Assembly (NCBI GenBank): GCA_903908245.1
Contig: CAIVRE010000020.1
Location: 2,758 to 66,757, forward strand
Direction of reading: 5' to 3'
Origin: Candidatus Omnitrophota bacterium
GTDB lineage: Bacteria; Omnitrophota; Gorgyraeia; Zapsychrales; Fredricksoniimonadaceae
DNA: 64,000 nucleotides
Under the pieces are notes generated by a model. The model was given only the letters and a program-made list of their open reading frames with translations. It ran no database searches and was not told the origin of the DNA. The position numbers were made by a program, and so were the translations under genes. Every line of letters begins with the position of its first letter. The first letter of the stretch is position 1. Below are positions 21,079-31,630 of this stretch, one piece after another.

Positions 21079-22478
21079 TAACGATAATGATCCGGTTTAT
21101 AAGGGCCTTCTGCCGGCACGCCGATATACTTGGCCTGCTTGGCAGTTAATTTTGTAAGTTTAGCACCAACGTTTTCCAAATGCAACCTTGCCACCTCTTC
21201 GTCAAGATTCTTTGGAAGGCGATAAACACCAACATCGTACTTCTTCTGCCAGAGCTCAAGCTGAGCCAATGTCTGGTTCGTGAACGAATTCGACATAACG
21301 AACGATGGATGCCCGGTTGCGCAGCCCAGGTTGACCAAGCGGCCCTCCGCCAGAAGGATAATACAATGCCCGTCAGGGAAAACATACTTGTCCACCTGCG
21401 GCTTGATATTGATCCTTTTGATCCCTTTGACCTTGGCCAGATCATAAACCTGGATCTCATTATCAAAATGACCAATATTGCACACAATGGCGGAATCTTT
21501 CATCTTCGCCATATGAGCAACTGTAACAATATCCGCGTTCCCCGTGCATGTGACATAAAGATTCGCTTCGGGCAATGCATCTTCGATCGTCTTGACCTCG
21601 AAGCCTTCCATCGCGGCCTGAAGCGCACAGATCGGATCGATCTCGGTCACGATCACTCGCGCGCCGTAAGTTCGCAGCGAATGCGCGCAACCTTTACCCA
21701 CATCACCATAGCCGCAAACCACGGCTACTTTGCCTGCCAGCATCACATCCGTGGCGCGCTTGATCCCGTCAGCCAACGATTCACGGCAGCCGTAAAGATT
21801 ATCGAACTTCGACTTTGTCACCGAATCGTTCACATTGAACGCCGGGAAAAGAAGCCTGCCTTCACTCTGCATCTGATACAGACGGTGAACACCGGTCGTG
21901 GTTTCTTCCGAGACACCCTTGATCTTTGGTGTGATCCCGTGCCAAAGCTTTGGTGTTTTTTTCAAGATCGCTTTAAGGCACTTGTATAATTCCTTCTCGT
22001 CTTCACATTCAGCCTTGCGATTCAATACAGACGCATCTTTCTCCGCCGCAAACCCGAGGTGTACCATCATGGTGGCATCCCCGCCATCATCAACAATAAG
22101 GTCCGGACCCTTGCCGTCAGGAAAAACCAGCGCCTGCTTCGTGCACCACCAGTATTCTTCCAGCGTCTCGCCTTTCCAGGCGAATACCGCGATCCCAAGG
22201 TCAGCGATCGCCGCCGCAGCCTGGTCCTGGGTGGAAAAGATATTACAACTTGCCCAGCGGACCTCGGCCCCTAAAGCGGCCAGGGTCTTGATAAGGACCG
22301 CGGTCTCAATGGTCATATGAAGCGAACCCATGATCCGGGCGCCCTTAAGAGGCTTCTTCGCACCATACTTGCGCTGAAGCGACATCAAACCCGGCATTTC
22401 CTTCTCGGCCATCACGATCTGCTTGTGCCCAAGTTCTGCTAAACCGATATCTTTGACTTTATAATCCTGAGAAGCCAT
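21075..22478 (-). CDS. ahcY: S-adenosylhomocysteine hydrolase
   Basis: [35 protein letters not shown]. Confidence 0.97.
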   Translation of the reverse strand: MASQDYKVKDIGLAELGHKQIVMAEKEMPGLMSLQRKYGAKKPLKGARIMGSLHMTIETAVLIKTLAALGAEVRWASCNIFSTQDQAAAAIADLGIAVFAWKGETLEEYWWCTKQALVFPDGKGPDLIVDDGGDATMMVHLGFAAEKDASVLNRKAECEDEKELYKCLKAILKKTPKLWHGITPKIKGVSEETTTGVHRLYQMQSEGRLLFPAFNVNDSVTKSKFDNLYGCRESLADGIKRATDVMLAGKVAVVCGYGDVGKGCAHSLRTYGARVIVTEIDPICALQAAMEGFEVKTIEDALPEANLYVTCTGNADIVTVAHMAKMKDSAIVCNIGHFDNEIQVYDLAKVKGIKRINIKPQVDKYVFPDGHCIILLAEGRLVNLGCATGHPSFVMSNSFTNQTLAQLELWQKKYDVGVYRLPKNLDEEVARLHLENVGAKLTKLTAKQAKYIGVPAEGPYKPDHYRY

Positions 22479-22505
22479 CTTGTCCCCGTTCTTGTTTTAA
22501 AGAAT

Positions 22506-22557
22506 CGGGACATATTGGATTTCCTAAGACCGGAATACAGAAAACCAATATGTCCCG
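22506..22557. repeat. 13-bp perfect inverted repeat in the metK-ahcY spacer
   Basis: CGGGACATATTGG (22506-22518) ... CCAATATGTCCCG (22545-22557). Confidence 0.7.
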
Positions 22558-22583
22558 CGTATTATTGCGCCTCTTACCCGATA

Positions 22584-23741
22584 TTAAACTCCGGCATCCT
22601 TCTTTAAAGCATTCACCATATCCGTCTTTTCCCAACGGAAGGCGGGATTGCCGAAATGCCCGTAAGCCGCTGTACGACGGAAGACCGGCTTGCGCAGGTC
22701 GAGCTTCTTGATAATACCGGCAGGCGTAAGGTCAAAGTTCTTGCGGATGATCTCGACGATCTTCTGCTCGGAAACCTTGCCCGTACCAAAAGTATCAATA
22801 AAAATACTGAGCGGCTCGGCCTTACCGATAACATAGCTCAACTGGATCAGGCACTTGTTGGCAATGCCGGCAGCCACGATGTTCTTGGTGATATAACGCG
22901 CCATGTACGCCGCGCTACGGTCAACTTTGGTCGGATCCTTGCCGGAGAACGCGCCGCCGCCGTGAGGAACAACCCCGCCGTACGTATCAACGACGATCTT
23001 GCGGCCGGTGACTCCGGTGTCAGACTGCGGGCCGCCCACAACGAATTTACCGGTCTGATTCACATAGAACTTGGTGTTCTTGTCGATCAACTTGCCGACA
23101 ATGGGCATGGCGACCTGTTTGATAATATCATTGCGCGACTTATCCGTGATCTTCATCCCCGTCTTGTCCAGGATCTTCTCGGTATGCTGGCAGGCAAGAA
23201 CGACCGAATCAATACGCTTCGGCTGCCCGTCAACATACTCGACCGTTACCTGGCTTTTGCAGTCGGGCCCAAGGTAATCCAGGATCTTTTTATTACGCAC
23301 TTCTTCAACACGCTTGACCAGCTTATGCGCCAGCGTGATCGGAAGCGGCATCAGCTCTTTTGTCTCATCAGAAGCATAACCGTACATGATCCCCTGATCA
23401 CCGGCGCCGCCCGCATCAACACCCTGAGAAATATCAGGAGACTGGCGGTTAATGGCATTAAGGATCGCACAGGTTGACGCATCAAACCCATAGACCTGGT
23501 TCGTATAACCAATATCGGCGAGAACGCCGCGGACAAGCTTGTGCACATCGACATAAGTGGTAGTGGTGATCTCACCCCCGACAATAACAAGGCCCGCGCT
23601 GATAAACGTTTCACACGCCACACGCCCCTTGGGGTCGTCTTTTAAGACCGCATCCAATACGGAATCGGAGATCTGGTCGCAAACCTTGTCCGGATGGCCG
23701 TTACCAACGGATTCTGATGTAATAAAATAATTACCTTTCAC
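22584..23741 (-). CDS. metK: S-adenosylmethionine synthetase
   Basis: [34 protein letters not shown]. Confidence 0.97.
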   Translation of the reverse strand: MKGNYFITSESVGNGHPDKVCDQISDSVLDAVLKDDPKGRVACETFISAGLVIVGGEITTTTYVDVHKLVRGVLADIGYTNQVYGFDASTCAILNAINRQSPDISQGVDAGGAGDQGIMYGYASDETKELMPLPITLAHKLVKRVEEVRNKKILDYLGPDCKSQVTVEYVDGQPKRIDSVVLACQHTEKILDKTGMKITDKSRNDIIKQVAMPIVGKLIDKNTKFYVNQTGKFVVGGPQSDTGVTGRKIVVDTYGGVVPHGGGAFSGKDPTKVDRSAAYMARYITKNIVAAGIANKCLIQLSYVIGKAEPLSIFIDTFGTGKVSEQKIVEIIRKNFDLTPAGIIKKLDLRKPVFRRTAAYGHFGNPAFRWEKTDMVNALKKDAGV

Positions 23742-23776
23742 GATCGCCTTCCTTTCGTAATACTTCTTTATGGGAT

Positions 23777-24517
23777 TTAATCCTGAAAACTTTTTTGAGC
23801 CTCATTATACGATTCAACAGAACCAATATCATACCACTTTCCGGAAAAAGTCAACCCAAAAACTGGCTGTTTTTTATACAGCCACTGGACATACCCTCCG
23901 GTCGTGTCCGCGTTATGGGTCTCCTCTACAAACTGCCGTAACTGCGGCAATGAAGCGGCCGGATAGTAATACAAACACATCGAGATCAGGCTGGACTTCG
24001 GAAGCTTGGGCTTTTCCTCAAGAGAAGACATTTGACCATTGCCATCCAACTGAATAACCCCGTATTTACTGGCCCCGGCAATACTTCCAAGATCATAACA
24101 ACCCACCGTAACGGAAGGCGTCTTACCCTTTGCAAAAGAAAAGAACGGCTTAATGTCAAAATCGAAAAGATTGTCGCTGCCCGCCACAACCCAGTCTGAC
24201 ATCGACTTCTCGGACGCTAATACAAAAAGAACATCCCCAATAGCCCCCAGACGCTCTTCAGGCGTATGCGTTCCGTCATTCACGACACGGATCGGACAGG
24301 TCCCGCCGCTCCTGCCTTTTACCCAGCCGGAAAGCATATCAGCGAACTTGGCATTGGTGACAACAACGATCTCGTCGATCCCGGGGACATCCGCGAACTT
24401 GTCGACCGTATGGTCTATCAGCGTTTTTCCGGCGATATTCAGTAAAGCCTTGGGAGTATCTTTAATAAGAGGATATAAGCGCGTGCCGTAACCGCCGGCC
24501 AGGATCAGGACTTTCAT
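23777..24517 (-). CDS. Sugar-phosphate nucleotidyltransferase family protein
   Basis: [27 protein letters not shown]. Confidence 0.85.
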   Translation of the reverse strand: MKVLILAGGYGTRLYPLIKDTPKALLNIAGKTLIDHTVDKFADVPGIDEIVVVTNAKFADMLSGWVKGRSGGTCPIRVVNDGTHTPEERLGAIGDVLFVLASEKSMSDWVVAGSDNLFDFDIKPFFSFAKGKTPSVTVGCYDLGSIAGASKYGVIQLDGNGQMSSLEEKPKLPKSSLISMCLYYYPAASLPQLRQFVEETHNADTTGGYVQWLYKKQPVFGLTFSGKWYDIGSVESYNEAQKSFQD

Positions 24518-26298
24518 TAAAGCTTTGCCTCGTAAGAATAAAAATCCGGCGCCACTTTCTTAAGCGCATTGTTCATGTATTCTTCCACTTCCTGTCCGGT
24601 GCTTAACCGCAAGGCTTCCTTCGCAAACTCCTCGATATCCGCGAACTTGATACTGCGGACAGCCCTCTTGATCTGCGGAATAGAAGAAGGCGACATACTG
24701 AAAGAATCCACCCCAAGCCCCATCAAGACCATGGCCAGGGTCTGGTCACTGGCCATCTCGCCGCAAACGCTCACCTTGATGCCGGCATCATGCGCGGCAT
24801 TGATCGTGCGGCGGATAAGGCGGAGCACCGCCGGATGTCCAGGCTCATAAAACTGAGCCATCTTTTCATTTGTACGGTCAACAGCCAACGTGTACTGGAT
24901 CAGGTCATTGGTACCTATACTAAAAAAATCCGCCTCTTTCGCCAAAAGGTCTGCCGTCATCGCGGCAGCAGGGACCTCGATCATCACACCCACCGGCATT
25001 CTTTCATTAAAAGCAACGCCTTTCTCACGCAAACGGTCTTTGACGCCTTTAAGGATCTCGTTCGCCGCGCGCAACTCTCCGGGCCCGGCGATCATTGGAT
25101 ACATAAGCGCAACATTGCCATGTGCCGTGGCGCGCAGGATCGCCCTAAGCTGGGTACGGAATATCTCCGGCTCTTCCAGGCACAAACGAATGGCCCGGCT
25201 TCCAAGGAAAGGTGTCATTTCTTTCGGAAGCTGGATACTGGACAGAAATTTATCGCCTCCGAGGTCAAGGGTCCTGATAATGACCTGGTTGGGGTTCATC
25301 TCCTCCGCGATCTTCCGGTAGGCCGCATACTGCTCTTCTTCCGTCGGAAGGTCAAGACGGTTCATATAAAAGAACTCGGTCCTGTACAAACCGATCCCTT
25401 CTGCCCCGTATTTCTTTACCCCCGGGATCTCTCCATGGATCTCAAAATTCGCCATCAACCCCACTCGCCGGCCATCCTGCGTCTCGGCAGGGACATCCCG
25501 CGTATTTAAGATCGACCCTTCGTACTGGGCGATCTTGGTTTGTTCCTTTAAATACAGGCGCTTGGTTTCTTCGGTCGGATGGATAATGACCACTCCCTTG
25601 CGGCCGTCAACGATCAAATAATCCTGATTGCTGATACGCAAAGTCGCGTCATTTAACCCCAGGACCGCCGGCACGCCAAGGGATTTGGCAATGATCGCCG
25701 TATGCGCCGTACGCCCGCCGACATCCGTAAGAAAGCTGAGGATCCTCTTGCTGTACATCGTGACCGCGTCAGACGGTGAAATGTCATGCGCAACAATGAT
25801 GATCTCCCCCAGAAGGGTCTCAAAATCATGCAGCCGTGACTCCCCCATCAAATGCTTCAACACCCGCCGGCCCACATCCGACACATCCGACGAACGCTCC
25901 TTGATATATTCATCCTCGATCTTGTCAAAGATCGCGATATAACGGTTCAACACCTGGGAAAAAGCACATTCGGCCCCGCATTGCTCCGACCGGATCCGCT
26001 TCTTGACCTCATCAATAAGCATGCAATCCTCTAGGACCAGAAGATGCGCATCGAAGATCTGCGCATCAGATCCTCCAACCTTGGCCATGATCTTGTCCTT
26101 GACTCCCTGGATCTCGGCCTTTGTCTTTAAGACCGCCTCCTCGAACCTGGCGATCTCAATAAGCACCTCTTCGGGCAAAACCATCCGATCGGAGACAATA
26201 AAGTCCTGCTGATCCAGAAGAAAAGCATGGCCCATGGCAATGCCCGGGGCCGCAGGGATCCCTTTGAGAACAACCTCATTATCAAATTTCTTTGGCAA
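24517..26298 (-). CDS. ptsI: PTS enzyme I
   Basis: GGRTAHTAI phospho-His, GIGLYRTEF, RTLDLGGDK, SIGTNDL, CGEMA. Confidence 0.95.
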   Translation of the reverse strand: MPKKFDNEVVLKGIPAAPGIAMGHAFLLDQQDFIVSDRMVLPEEVLIEIARFEEAVLKTKAEIQGVKDKIMAKVGGSDAQIFDAHLLVLEDCMLIDEVKKRIRSEQCGAECAFSQVLNRYIAIFDKIEDEYIKERSSDVSDVGRRVLKHLMGESRLHDFETLLGEIIIVAHDISPSDAVTMYSKRILSFLTDVGGRTAHTAIIAKSLGVPAVLGLNDATLRISNQDYLIVDGRKGVVIIHPTEETKRLYLKEQTKIAQYEGSILNTRDVPAETQDGRRVGLMANFEIHGEIPGVKKYGAEGIGLYRTEFFYMNRLDLPTEEEQYAAYRKIAEEMNPNQVIIRTLDLGGDKFLSSIQLPKEMTPFLGSRAIRLCLEEPEIFRTQLRAILRATAHGNVALMYPMIAGPGELRAANEILKGVKDRLREKGVAFNERMPVGVMIEVPAAAMTADLLAKEADFFSIGTNDLIQYTLAVDRTNEKMAQFYEPGHPAVLRLIRRTINAAHDAGIKVSVCGEMASDQTLAMVLMGLGVDSFSMSPSSIPQIKRAVRSIKFADIEEFAKEALRLSTGQEVEEYMNNALKKVAPDFYSYEAKL

Positions 26299-26545
26299 TG
26301 AAAGCCTCCAACTCTTTTAAAGCTGCCTCGGCATCCGCCCCGTCAACCGCAAGAACGATCTCCGCGTTATGGTCTGCTCCAAGCATCAGGATCCCCATAA
26401 TGAATTTGCCATTGATCTCTTCCGCGCCTTTACGCACAGTGACCTGCGCATCGAATTTATTGGCGATCTGCACGAACATGGCCGCAGGACGCGCATGAAG
26501 ACCCTGCTTGCATGATACTCTGAGAACTTTCGAAATTTTTGGCAT
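26282..26545 (-). CDS. ptsH: HPr phosphocarrier
   Basis: GLHARPAA His15 motif; the Ser46 position is Phe (NGKFIMG). Confidence 0.92.
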   Translation of the reverse strand: MPKISKVLRVSCKQGLHARPAAMFVQIANKFDAQVTVRKGAEEINGKFIMGILMLGADHNAEIVLAVDGADAEAALKELEAFIAKEI

Positions 26546-26547
26546 AA

Positions 26548-27792
26548 TTAACGCCTGATCACCCTGTTTTTCTCAATAGCTTTTATAAGCGCCTGCGTCA
26601 ACTTGTGCGAATCATGCCGGACATAATCCTTGATCCCGACAATATCTTCTGCGTACACCTTAATGCCCATCTCCCGGATCTCGTCCCCGTCAAAACGGAC
26701 GGGAAAAGAATTCTCTCTCTTGTAACGCTCGAGCGCATCAGGCGCAACGATCTCCCTGTCATTGACCAGGATCGCGTCAACAAGGTCTTTACGGGTATGC
26801 TCAACAATAACCTTCAAATGATCGGCAGCGGAGAAATTCTCGGTCTCGCCCATCTGCGTCATCATGTTACATACGTAGATCTTGAAAGCCGGCGAAGCCG
26901 CGATGGCATCCGCCATCCCTTTAATGACAAGGTTCGGGAGAATACTGGTATAAAGGCTTCCGGGCCCGACAATGACCACATCCGCATCGGCGATCGCTTC
27001 AAGCGCTGCCGGCGTCGGAGCAACCTCCTCCGGATTGAGATACAACTGTTCAATGCCAACCCCGGGACGAGGGATACTCGCCTCCCCCTCGGTAACCCTG
27101 CCATCCTTATACCGCGCCACCAAATGGACACTCTCAACCGTTGAAGGAATGACCCTTCCACGGATGGCAAGGACTTTACTGGTCAGCTCGACCGACTCCT
27201 GAAAGTCACGCTCCGCAACTTCATAAAGAGCCGTCAGGAACAAATTGCCGAAATTATGCCCCTTAAGCTCGGACTTCTCGGGAAAACGATATTGAAAAAG
27301 CTGTCCCATAATGGCGGGAGCATCGGCCAGGGCCACCAGGCAATTGCGGATATCCCCCGGAGCAACAATATTGAACTGCTCCCGCAAACGGCCGGATGAC
27401 CCGCCGCTGTCAGCCACCGTCACAATAGCCGTGATATTCGAGGTGTATTCTTTCAAAGCCAACAGCAGGTTCGAAAGGCCATGTCCGCCGCCGATCGCCA
27501 CGATCTTCGGGCCACGCTCGAGATACCTTTTTTGATACAAAATATTTACAAGATCCTGCTCTCTCTTGGGAAGAAAAAGCGTGATAAGCGATACCGTCAG
27601 CTTCAATATCCCCAGGACAATGAAAATGATCCCGCAAAGAACAATGACCAGACCAAAACCATTAACGAAATGATACGGAGATGCGGAAAAGAAAGCGCCT
27701 AACGCAACGATCCCTATACCCAAAAGCGATGTCAAAACCCATCGCTTTATCTGTATGCCCGGGTACAACCACTTTAGAAAGTTGCTGGACAT
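26548..27792 (-). CDS. yvcK: YvcK/GlmR-family protein with N-terminal TM helices
   Basis: IGGGHGL, VADSGGSSG, PGDIRNCL, GPGSLYTSILPNL. Confidence 0.9.
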   Translation of the reverse strand: MSSNFLKWLYPGIQIKRWVLTSLLGIGIVALGAFFSASPYHFVNGFGLVIVLCGIIFIVLGILKLTVSLITLFLPKREQDLVNILYQKRYLERGPKIVAIGGGHGLSNLLLALKEYTSNITAIVTVADSGGSSGRLREQFNIVAPGDIRNCLVALADAPAIMGQLFQYRFPEKSELKGHNFGNLFLTALYEVAERDFQESVELTSKVLAIRGRVIPSTVESVHLVARYKDGRVTEGEASIPRPGVGIEQLYLNPEEVAPTPAALEAIADADVVIVGPGSLYTSILPNLVIKGMADAIAASPAFKIYVCNMMTQMGETENFSAADHLKVIVEHTRKDLVDAILVNDREIVAPDALERYKRENSFPVRFDGDEIREMGIKVYAEDIVGIKDYVRHDSHKLTQALIKAIEKNRVIRR

Positions 27793-27797
27793 TGTCC

Positions 27798-28268
27798 TTA
27801 ACTAAGTTGTGCGTCTTCGCGTAGAACGAGATCAAGGATCTCTTTTTTATCTTTGGCGGATTTCAGGCTTTCGCGGAAATATTTATCCTTGAGGAGGCGG
27901 GAAACACGGGCCAATGCCTTCAAATGAGGTCCGGCAGAATCAACGGGTGCCGCAAGCAGAAAAAATATGTAGGCCGGCTCACCGTCGAGAGCGTCAAAAT
28001 CGATCCCCTTCTTGCTGACACCGAGCCCGGCGATCAGCTTGTCGACACAATCTGTCTTCCCATGCGGAATAGCGATCCCCTGTCCTATCGCAGTAGACCC
28101 AAGCGCTTCACGGGCCATCAGGACATCAATGATCTTCGCCTTATTCTTCTTCTCGAACGCCCCCGCCTCAACCATGGCGGAAACCATCTCTTCGATCAAT
28201 TCTTTCTTGTTTGTTGCCTTCAGATCAGAAATAACAGCGTCGGAACAAAGAAAATCAAGGGTCTTCAT
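27798..28268 (-). CDS. ptsN: PTS IIA (Ntr/fructose-type)
   Basis: REALGSTAIGQGIAIPHG, FDALDG, HLKALARVSR. Confidence 0.85.
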   Translation of the reverse strand: MKTLDFLCSDAVISDLKATNKKELIEEMVSAMVEAGAFEKKNKAKIIDVLMAREALGSTAIGQGIAIPHGKTDCVDKLIAGLGVSKKGIDFDALDGEPAYIFFLLAAPVDSAGPHLKALARVSRLLKDKYFRESLKSAKDKKEILDLVLREDAQLS

Positions 28269-28301
28269 GCAGTGCTACCTCCTGGTGATGAGAACAAAGA
28301 G

Positions 28302-28374
28302 AGCGGCGGATGGGGTTCGAACCCACGACATCGACCTTGGCAAGGTCGCATTCTACCAACTGAATTACCGCCGC
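28302..28374 (-). tRNA. tRNA-Gly(GCC)
   Basis: GCGGCGG acceptor; CGACC-TTGCCAA-GGTCG anticodon arm; GTTCGAA T-loop; CCA not encoded. Confidence 0.95.
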
Positions 28375-28407
28375 ATTATGTCGAACAAGAGCAATAAAAT
28401 GAAAATT

Positions 28408-28435
28408 ATTTTAACATTAAGCGAAATCGTGTCAA
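28408..28435 (-). promoter_or_regulatory. Sigma70 promoter upstream of tRNA-Gly/ptsN operon
   Basis: TTGACA-N16-TAAAAT with TG before the -10. Confidence 0.55.
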
Positions 28436-28470
28436 CAAATAACGATACCCAATGGAAGTTTTTCTCAAAA

Positions 28471-28551
28471 TGGGCGGGAGAGGACTTGAACCTCCATTCC
28501 TTACGGAACCAGATCCTAAGTCTGGCGCGTCTGCCATTTCGCCACCCGCCC
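28471..28551 (-). tRNA. tRNA-Leu(TAG)
   Basis: GGGCGGG acceptor; CCAGA-CTTAGGA-TCTGG arm; variable arm TTCC-GTAA-GGAA; GTTCAAGT T-loop. Confidence 0.95.
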
Positions 28552-28623
28552 TGAATTTTCAAGAATTCTTGAAAATTCATCCCTTGGCTCTGGTGGGCCC
28601 CTACAGGGCCCCCAGCCAAGGGG
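28552..28623. repeat. 28-bp perfect palindrome plus GC-rich hairpin between tRNA-Lys and tRNA-Leu
   Basis: TGAATTTTCAAGAATTCTTGAAAATTCA (28552-28579); CCCTTGG..GGGCCC-CTACA-GGGCCC..CCAAGGG. Confidence 0.7.
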
Positions 28624-28648
28624 GCTTCCTCTCAATAATTCCAAAAAA

Positions 28649-28724
28649 TGGTGACCGACCCGCGACTCGAACGCGGCACGCCAGCCTTAAAAGGGCTGTG
28701 CTCTACCAGATGAGCTAGTCGGTC
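28649..28724 (-). tRNA. tRNA-Lys(TTT)
   Basis: GACCGAC acceptor; CAGCC-CTTTTAA-GGCTG arm; TTCGAGT T-loop; encoded CCA. Confidence 0.95.
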
Positions 28725-28740
28725 AAAATACTCAAAAGAA

Positions 28741-29301
28741 CTATATCGTCATCAGATCTTTGGTCTTTTTCTCAAGCAAAACATCTACTTCCTTAATAAA
28801 CCTGTCCGTCAGCTTCTGGATCACTTCCTGCCCCTTGAAACTGTCATCCTCGGAAATAACACTGTCTTTCTTAAGCTTGACGATCTTGTCATTCGCTTCA
28901 CGGCGGATCGTACGCAGAGAAACACGCCCTTTCTCCGACATGTCTTTTACAACCTTTGCCATTTCCTTACGACGCTCTTCAGAAAGTGGCGGAACAGCCA
29001 AACGGATGATCTTTCCGTCATTGTTAGGAGTGATCCCAAGCTTCGATGCAAGAATGGCCTTCTCAATATCCGCAAGCGCGGACGGGTCCCAGGGCTGGAT
29101 CACCAGACAGCTGGCATCGGGCGATGAAACGGCCGCCATCTGCTTAAGCTGTGTAGGAACCCCATAATAAAGAACACTCAACTCTTCCACCAGTCCGGGA
29201 TGTGCGCGGCCTGTTCGAACCTCGGCAAATTCGTGATGAACAGATTCCAGTGTCTTCTTCATGATACCTTCTGTCTGCGCAACAACCTCTTTAACGCCCA
29301 T
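28741..29301 (-). CDS. frr: Ribosome recycling factor
   Basis: VRTGRAHP, PPLSEERRK, IRREAND. Confidence 0.97.
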   Translation of the reverse strand: MGVKEVVAQTEGIMKKTLESVHHEFAEVRTGRAHPGLVEELSVLYYGVPTQLKQMAAVSSPDASCLVIQPWDPSALADIEKAILASKLGITPNNDGKIIRLAVPPLSEERRKEMAKVVKDMSEKGRVSLRTIRREANDKIVKLKKDSVISEDDSFKGQEVIQKLTDRFIKEVDVLLEKKTKDLMTI

Positions 29302-29313
29302 AAGATACCTCCC

Positions 29314-30036
29314 TTAGCTGACAATGGTCCCGATAGCTTCACCCAGGACCGCCCTCTTGATATTCCCCTTCTTAAGAAGATTGAATACAAGGATCGGAAG
29401 ACTGTTATCCATACACATGCTGATCGCCGTTGAATCCATGACCTTCAGGTCCTGGTTCAAAACATCGATGAAACGCAACTTGTCGTACTTCTTCGCTTTC
29501 TTGTCTTTCATGGGATCGGCCGTATAAACACCGTCCACCTTCGTCGCCTTCATGATAATATCGGCCTTGATCTCGCTCGCGCGCAAGGCCGCCGCCGTAT
29601 CCGTCGTAAAGTACGGATTTCCGGTGCCGGCCACAAAAATAATAACACGCTTCTTCTCCAGATGCCGCATCGCCCGGCGTACAATATAAGGCTCGGCAAC
29701 AGCCTGCATCTGAATAGCTGTCATCACGCGGGTAGGAACACCCAACTGCTCGAGAGCGTTCTGCAAAGCCAGCCCATTGAGGACCGTCGCCAGCATCCCC
29801 ATATAATCCGCCACCGAACGGTCAAGGCCAAAACGCTTGCTCTCAGCGCCTCCACGGAAAAGATTGCCGCCGCCGACAACGATCGCGACCTGCACCCCCA
29901 TTTCCCAAATATCCTTGATCTGGGAAGCAAATGTCACACAAGTATCAGCGTCAATACCATGCTGCTGACTGCCCTGAAGGGCTTCGCCGCTCAATTTGAG
30001 CAATATCCGTTTGTAACAAGGCGTTTCTTTGATCAT
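29314..30036 (-). CDS. pyrH: UMP kinase
   Basis: [28 protein letters not shown]. Confidence 0.97.
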   Translation of the reverse strand: MIKETPCYKRILLKLSGEALQGSQQHGIDADTCVTFASQIKDIWEMGVQVAIVVGGGNLFRGGAESKRFGLDRSVADYMGMLATVLNGLALQNALEQLGVPTRVMTAIQMQAVAEPYIVRRAMRHLEKKRVIIFVAGTGNPYFTTDTAAALRASEIKADIIMKATKVDGVYTADPMKDKKAKKYDKLRFIDVLNQDLKVMDSTAISMCMDNSLPILVFNLLKKGNIKRAVLGEAIGTIVS

Positions 30037-30048
30037 ACGCTCCGGCTT

Positions 30049-30567
30049 TTATTCCCCGATCTTATAGCGCGTGAACCGGCTGATAATGATATTCTCGCCA
30101 ATCTTGGCTACCAGTTCATTGAGCAGGTCCGCAACAGATTTTGAAGGATCCTTCACATAAGACTGATCCAGAAGGCAATTCGCCTTTAAAAAATCCTTCT
30201 GATCCGCGACAGCGTTGAGAATATCCGCCGGGATCTCTTCCTTCTTGATGTATTTCGGTGCCATTGCCGCGATATGCATGGCAATGTCTTTGGTAAACCT
30301 CATAAAATCATCATTACGGCCGACAAAATCCGTCTCGCAATTGACCTCAACGATCACGCCGATCTTGTTCCCGTTATGAATATACGCCTCGATACGGCCT
30401 TCATTGGCCGCACGACCGCCCTTCTTGATCGCCATCTCCAGGCCGCGCTGACGAAGCAAGTCCTTGGCCTTGTTCATGTCACCATTAGACTCGGCCAGGG
30501 CTCTTTTGCAATCCATGATCCCGCAACCGGTCGCCTCTCTTAACTCTTTAACACTATTAACAGACAT
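30049..30567 (-). CDS. tsf: Elongation factor Ts (short form)
   Basis: VKELREATGCGIMDCKRAL, EVNCETDFV. Confidence 0.95.
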   Translation of the reverse strand: MSVNSVKELREATGCGIMDCKRALAESNGDMNKAKDLLRQRGLEMAIKKGGRAANEGRIEAYIHNGNKIGVIVEVNCETDFVGRNDDFMRFTKDIAMHIAAMAPKYIKKEEIPADILNAVADQKDFLKANCLLDQSYVKDPSKSVADLLNELVAKIGENIIISRFTRYKIGE

Positions 30568-30572
30568 GGGGA

Positions 30573-31463
30573 TTACTCCTTATCAGAAGCGCCCTTTTTG
30601 GCACGCTTTTTATTGTCAGATATCTTCTCGCCGGTAACCAGATCATACTGATCAAGAGCTTCCGACAGACTTTCCTTGATGATCTCGGGGATCGCCGGAT
30701 CGATCACCGGGGCTTCAGGCTCAACAGCCGCAACTTCCACAACGACAGGCGCCTCAACCTTGGCACCGGAAGTACCCATGAACTCCTTGCGCCCTTCGAT
30801 AATACCATCAACGACCATTGACATAACAATGCGAATGGCCTTGACCGCGTCATCATTGGAAGGGATCGGAAGCTGGACCGGATCCGGATCACTGTTGGTA
30901 TCGATCATGGCAATGACCGGGATATTCAAACGGTTCGCTTCACGTACCGCGATCTCTTCATTCTTCACATCCACGACAAATACCGCTTCCGGATACTGGG
31001 TCATCTCACGAATTCCGCCAAGATCCGCCAGCAAACGCTCACGTTCCTTGTTGAGAACAGAAACTTCTTTCTTTGTCAAACGCTCGAAAACGCCTTCTTT
31101 TTCCATGCGCTCGATATCCTGCAGCTTGCGAATGGACTTCTTGACAGTTTCAAAATTGGTCAAAAGCCCGCCCATCCAGCGATTGTTCACATAGAACATC
31201 CCGGAACGCCCGGCCTCTTCCTTGACAACATCCTGCGCCTGTTTCTTTGTGCCGATGAACAGGAATTTTCCGCCCTTGGCCGCGATATCACGCGCGAAAT
31301 CACGGGCCTGCTCCAGGCACTCCCCTGTCTTTTCAAGGTCGATAATATAAATACCGCCCCGTGCGCCAAAGATATACTTCTTCATTTTTGGGTTCCACCG
31401 GCGGGTTTGATGTCCGAAATGGACGCCGGCTTCAAGCAACTTCTTGATCGTTTCTGTGGTCAT
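30573..31463 (-). CDS. rpsB: 30S ribosomal protein S2
   Basis: LLEAGVHFGHQTRRWNPKM, RWMGGLLTNF, DTNSDPD. Confidence 0.97.
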   Translation of the reverse strand: MTTETIKKLLEAGVHFGHQTRRWNPKMKKYIFGARGGIYIIDLEKTGECLEQARDFARDIAAKGGKFLFIGTKKQAQDVVKEEAGRSGMFYVNNRWMGGLLTNFETVKKSIRKLQDIERMEKEGVFERLTKKEVSVLNKERERLLADLGGIREMTQYPEAVFVVDVKNEEIAVREANRLNIPVIAMIDTNSDPDPVQLPIPSNDDAVKAIRIVMSMVVDGIIEGRKEFMGTSGAKVEAPVVVEVAAVEPEAPVIDPAIPEIIKESLSEALDQYDLVTGEKISDNKKRAKKGASDKE

Positions 31464-31484
31464 AACTGCTCCTTTTTTAATCCT

Positions 31485-31630
31485 GGCCGCGCCGTATAGA
31501 CCCTAGAAGTGAAGGCGCACCATCACCCTCGAACTTGACGCCCGAGGAGAAACTGCCGGCATTTCACTTCATTCCCTGCCAACAGCTTCCATTAACTATA
31601 GACGGCCCCGCCTATCGGGACCGGAAAAAA
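31485..31630 (-). ncRNA. Structured rpsB 5' leader (candidate S2 autoregulatory element)
   Basis: 14-bp stem with G-U pairs, a second 8-bp hairpin, and loop GAAGUGAA complementary to downstream UUCACUUC. Confidence 0.6.

Noticed and set aside
22480-22583. SAH/SAM riboswitch upstream of ahcY
   Set aside because: No recognisable riboswitch core; only a simple inverted repeat
28302-28724. tRNA cluster as integration site of an island
   Set aside because: Flanked by core genes on both sides; no integrase or duplicated tRNA 3' end seen
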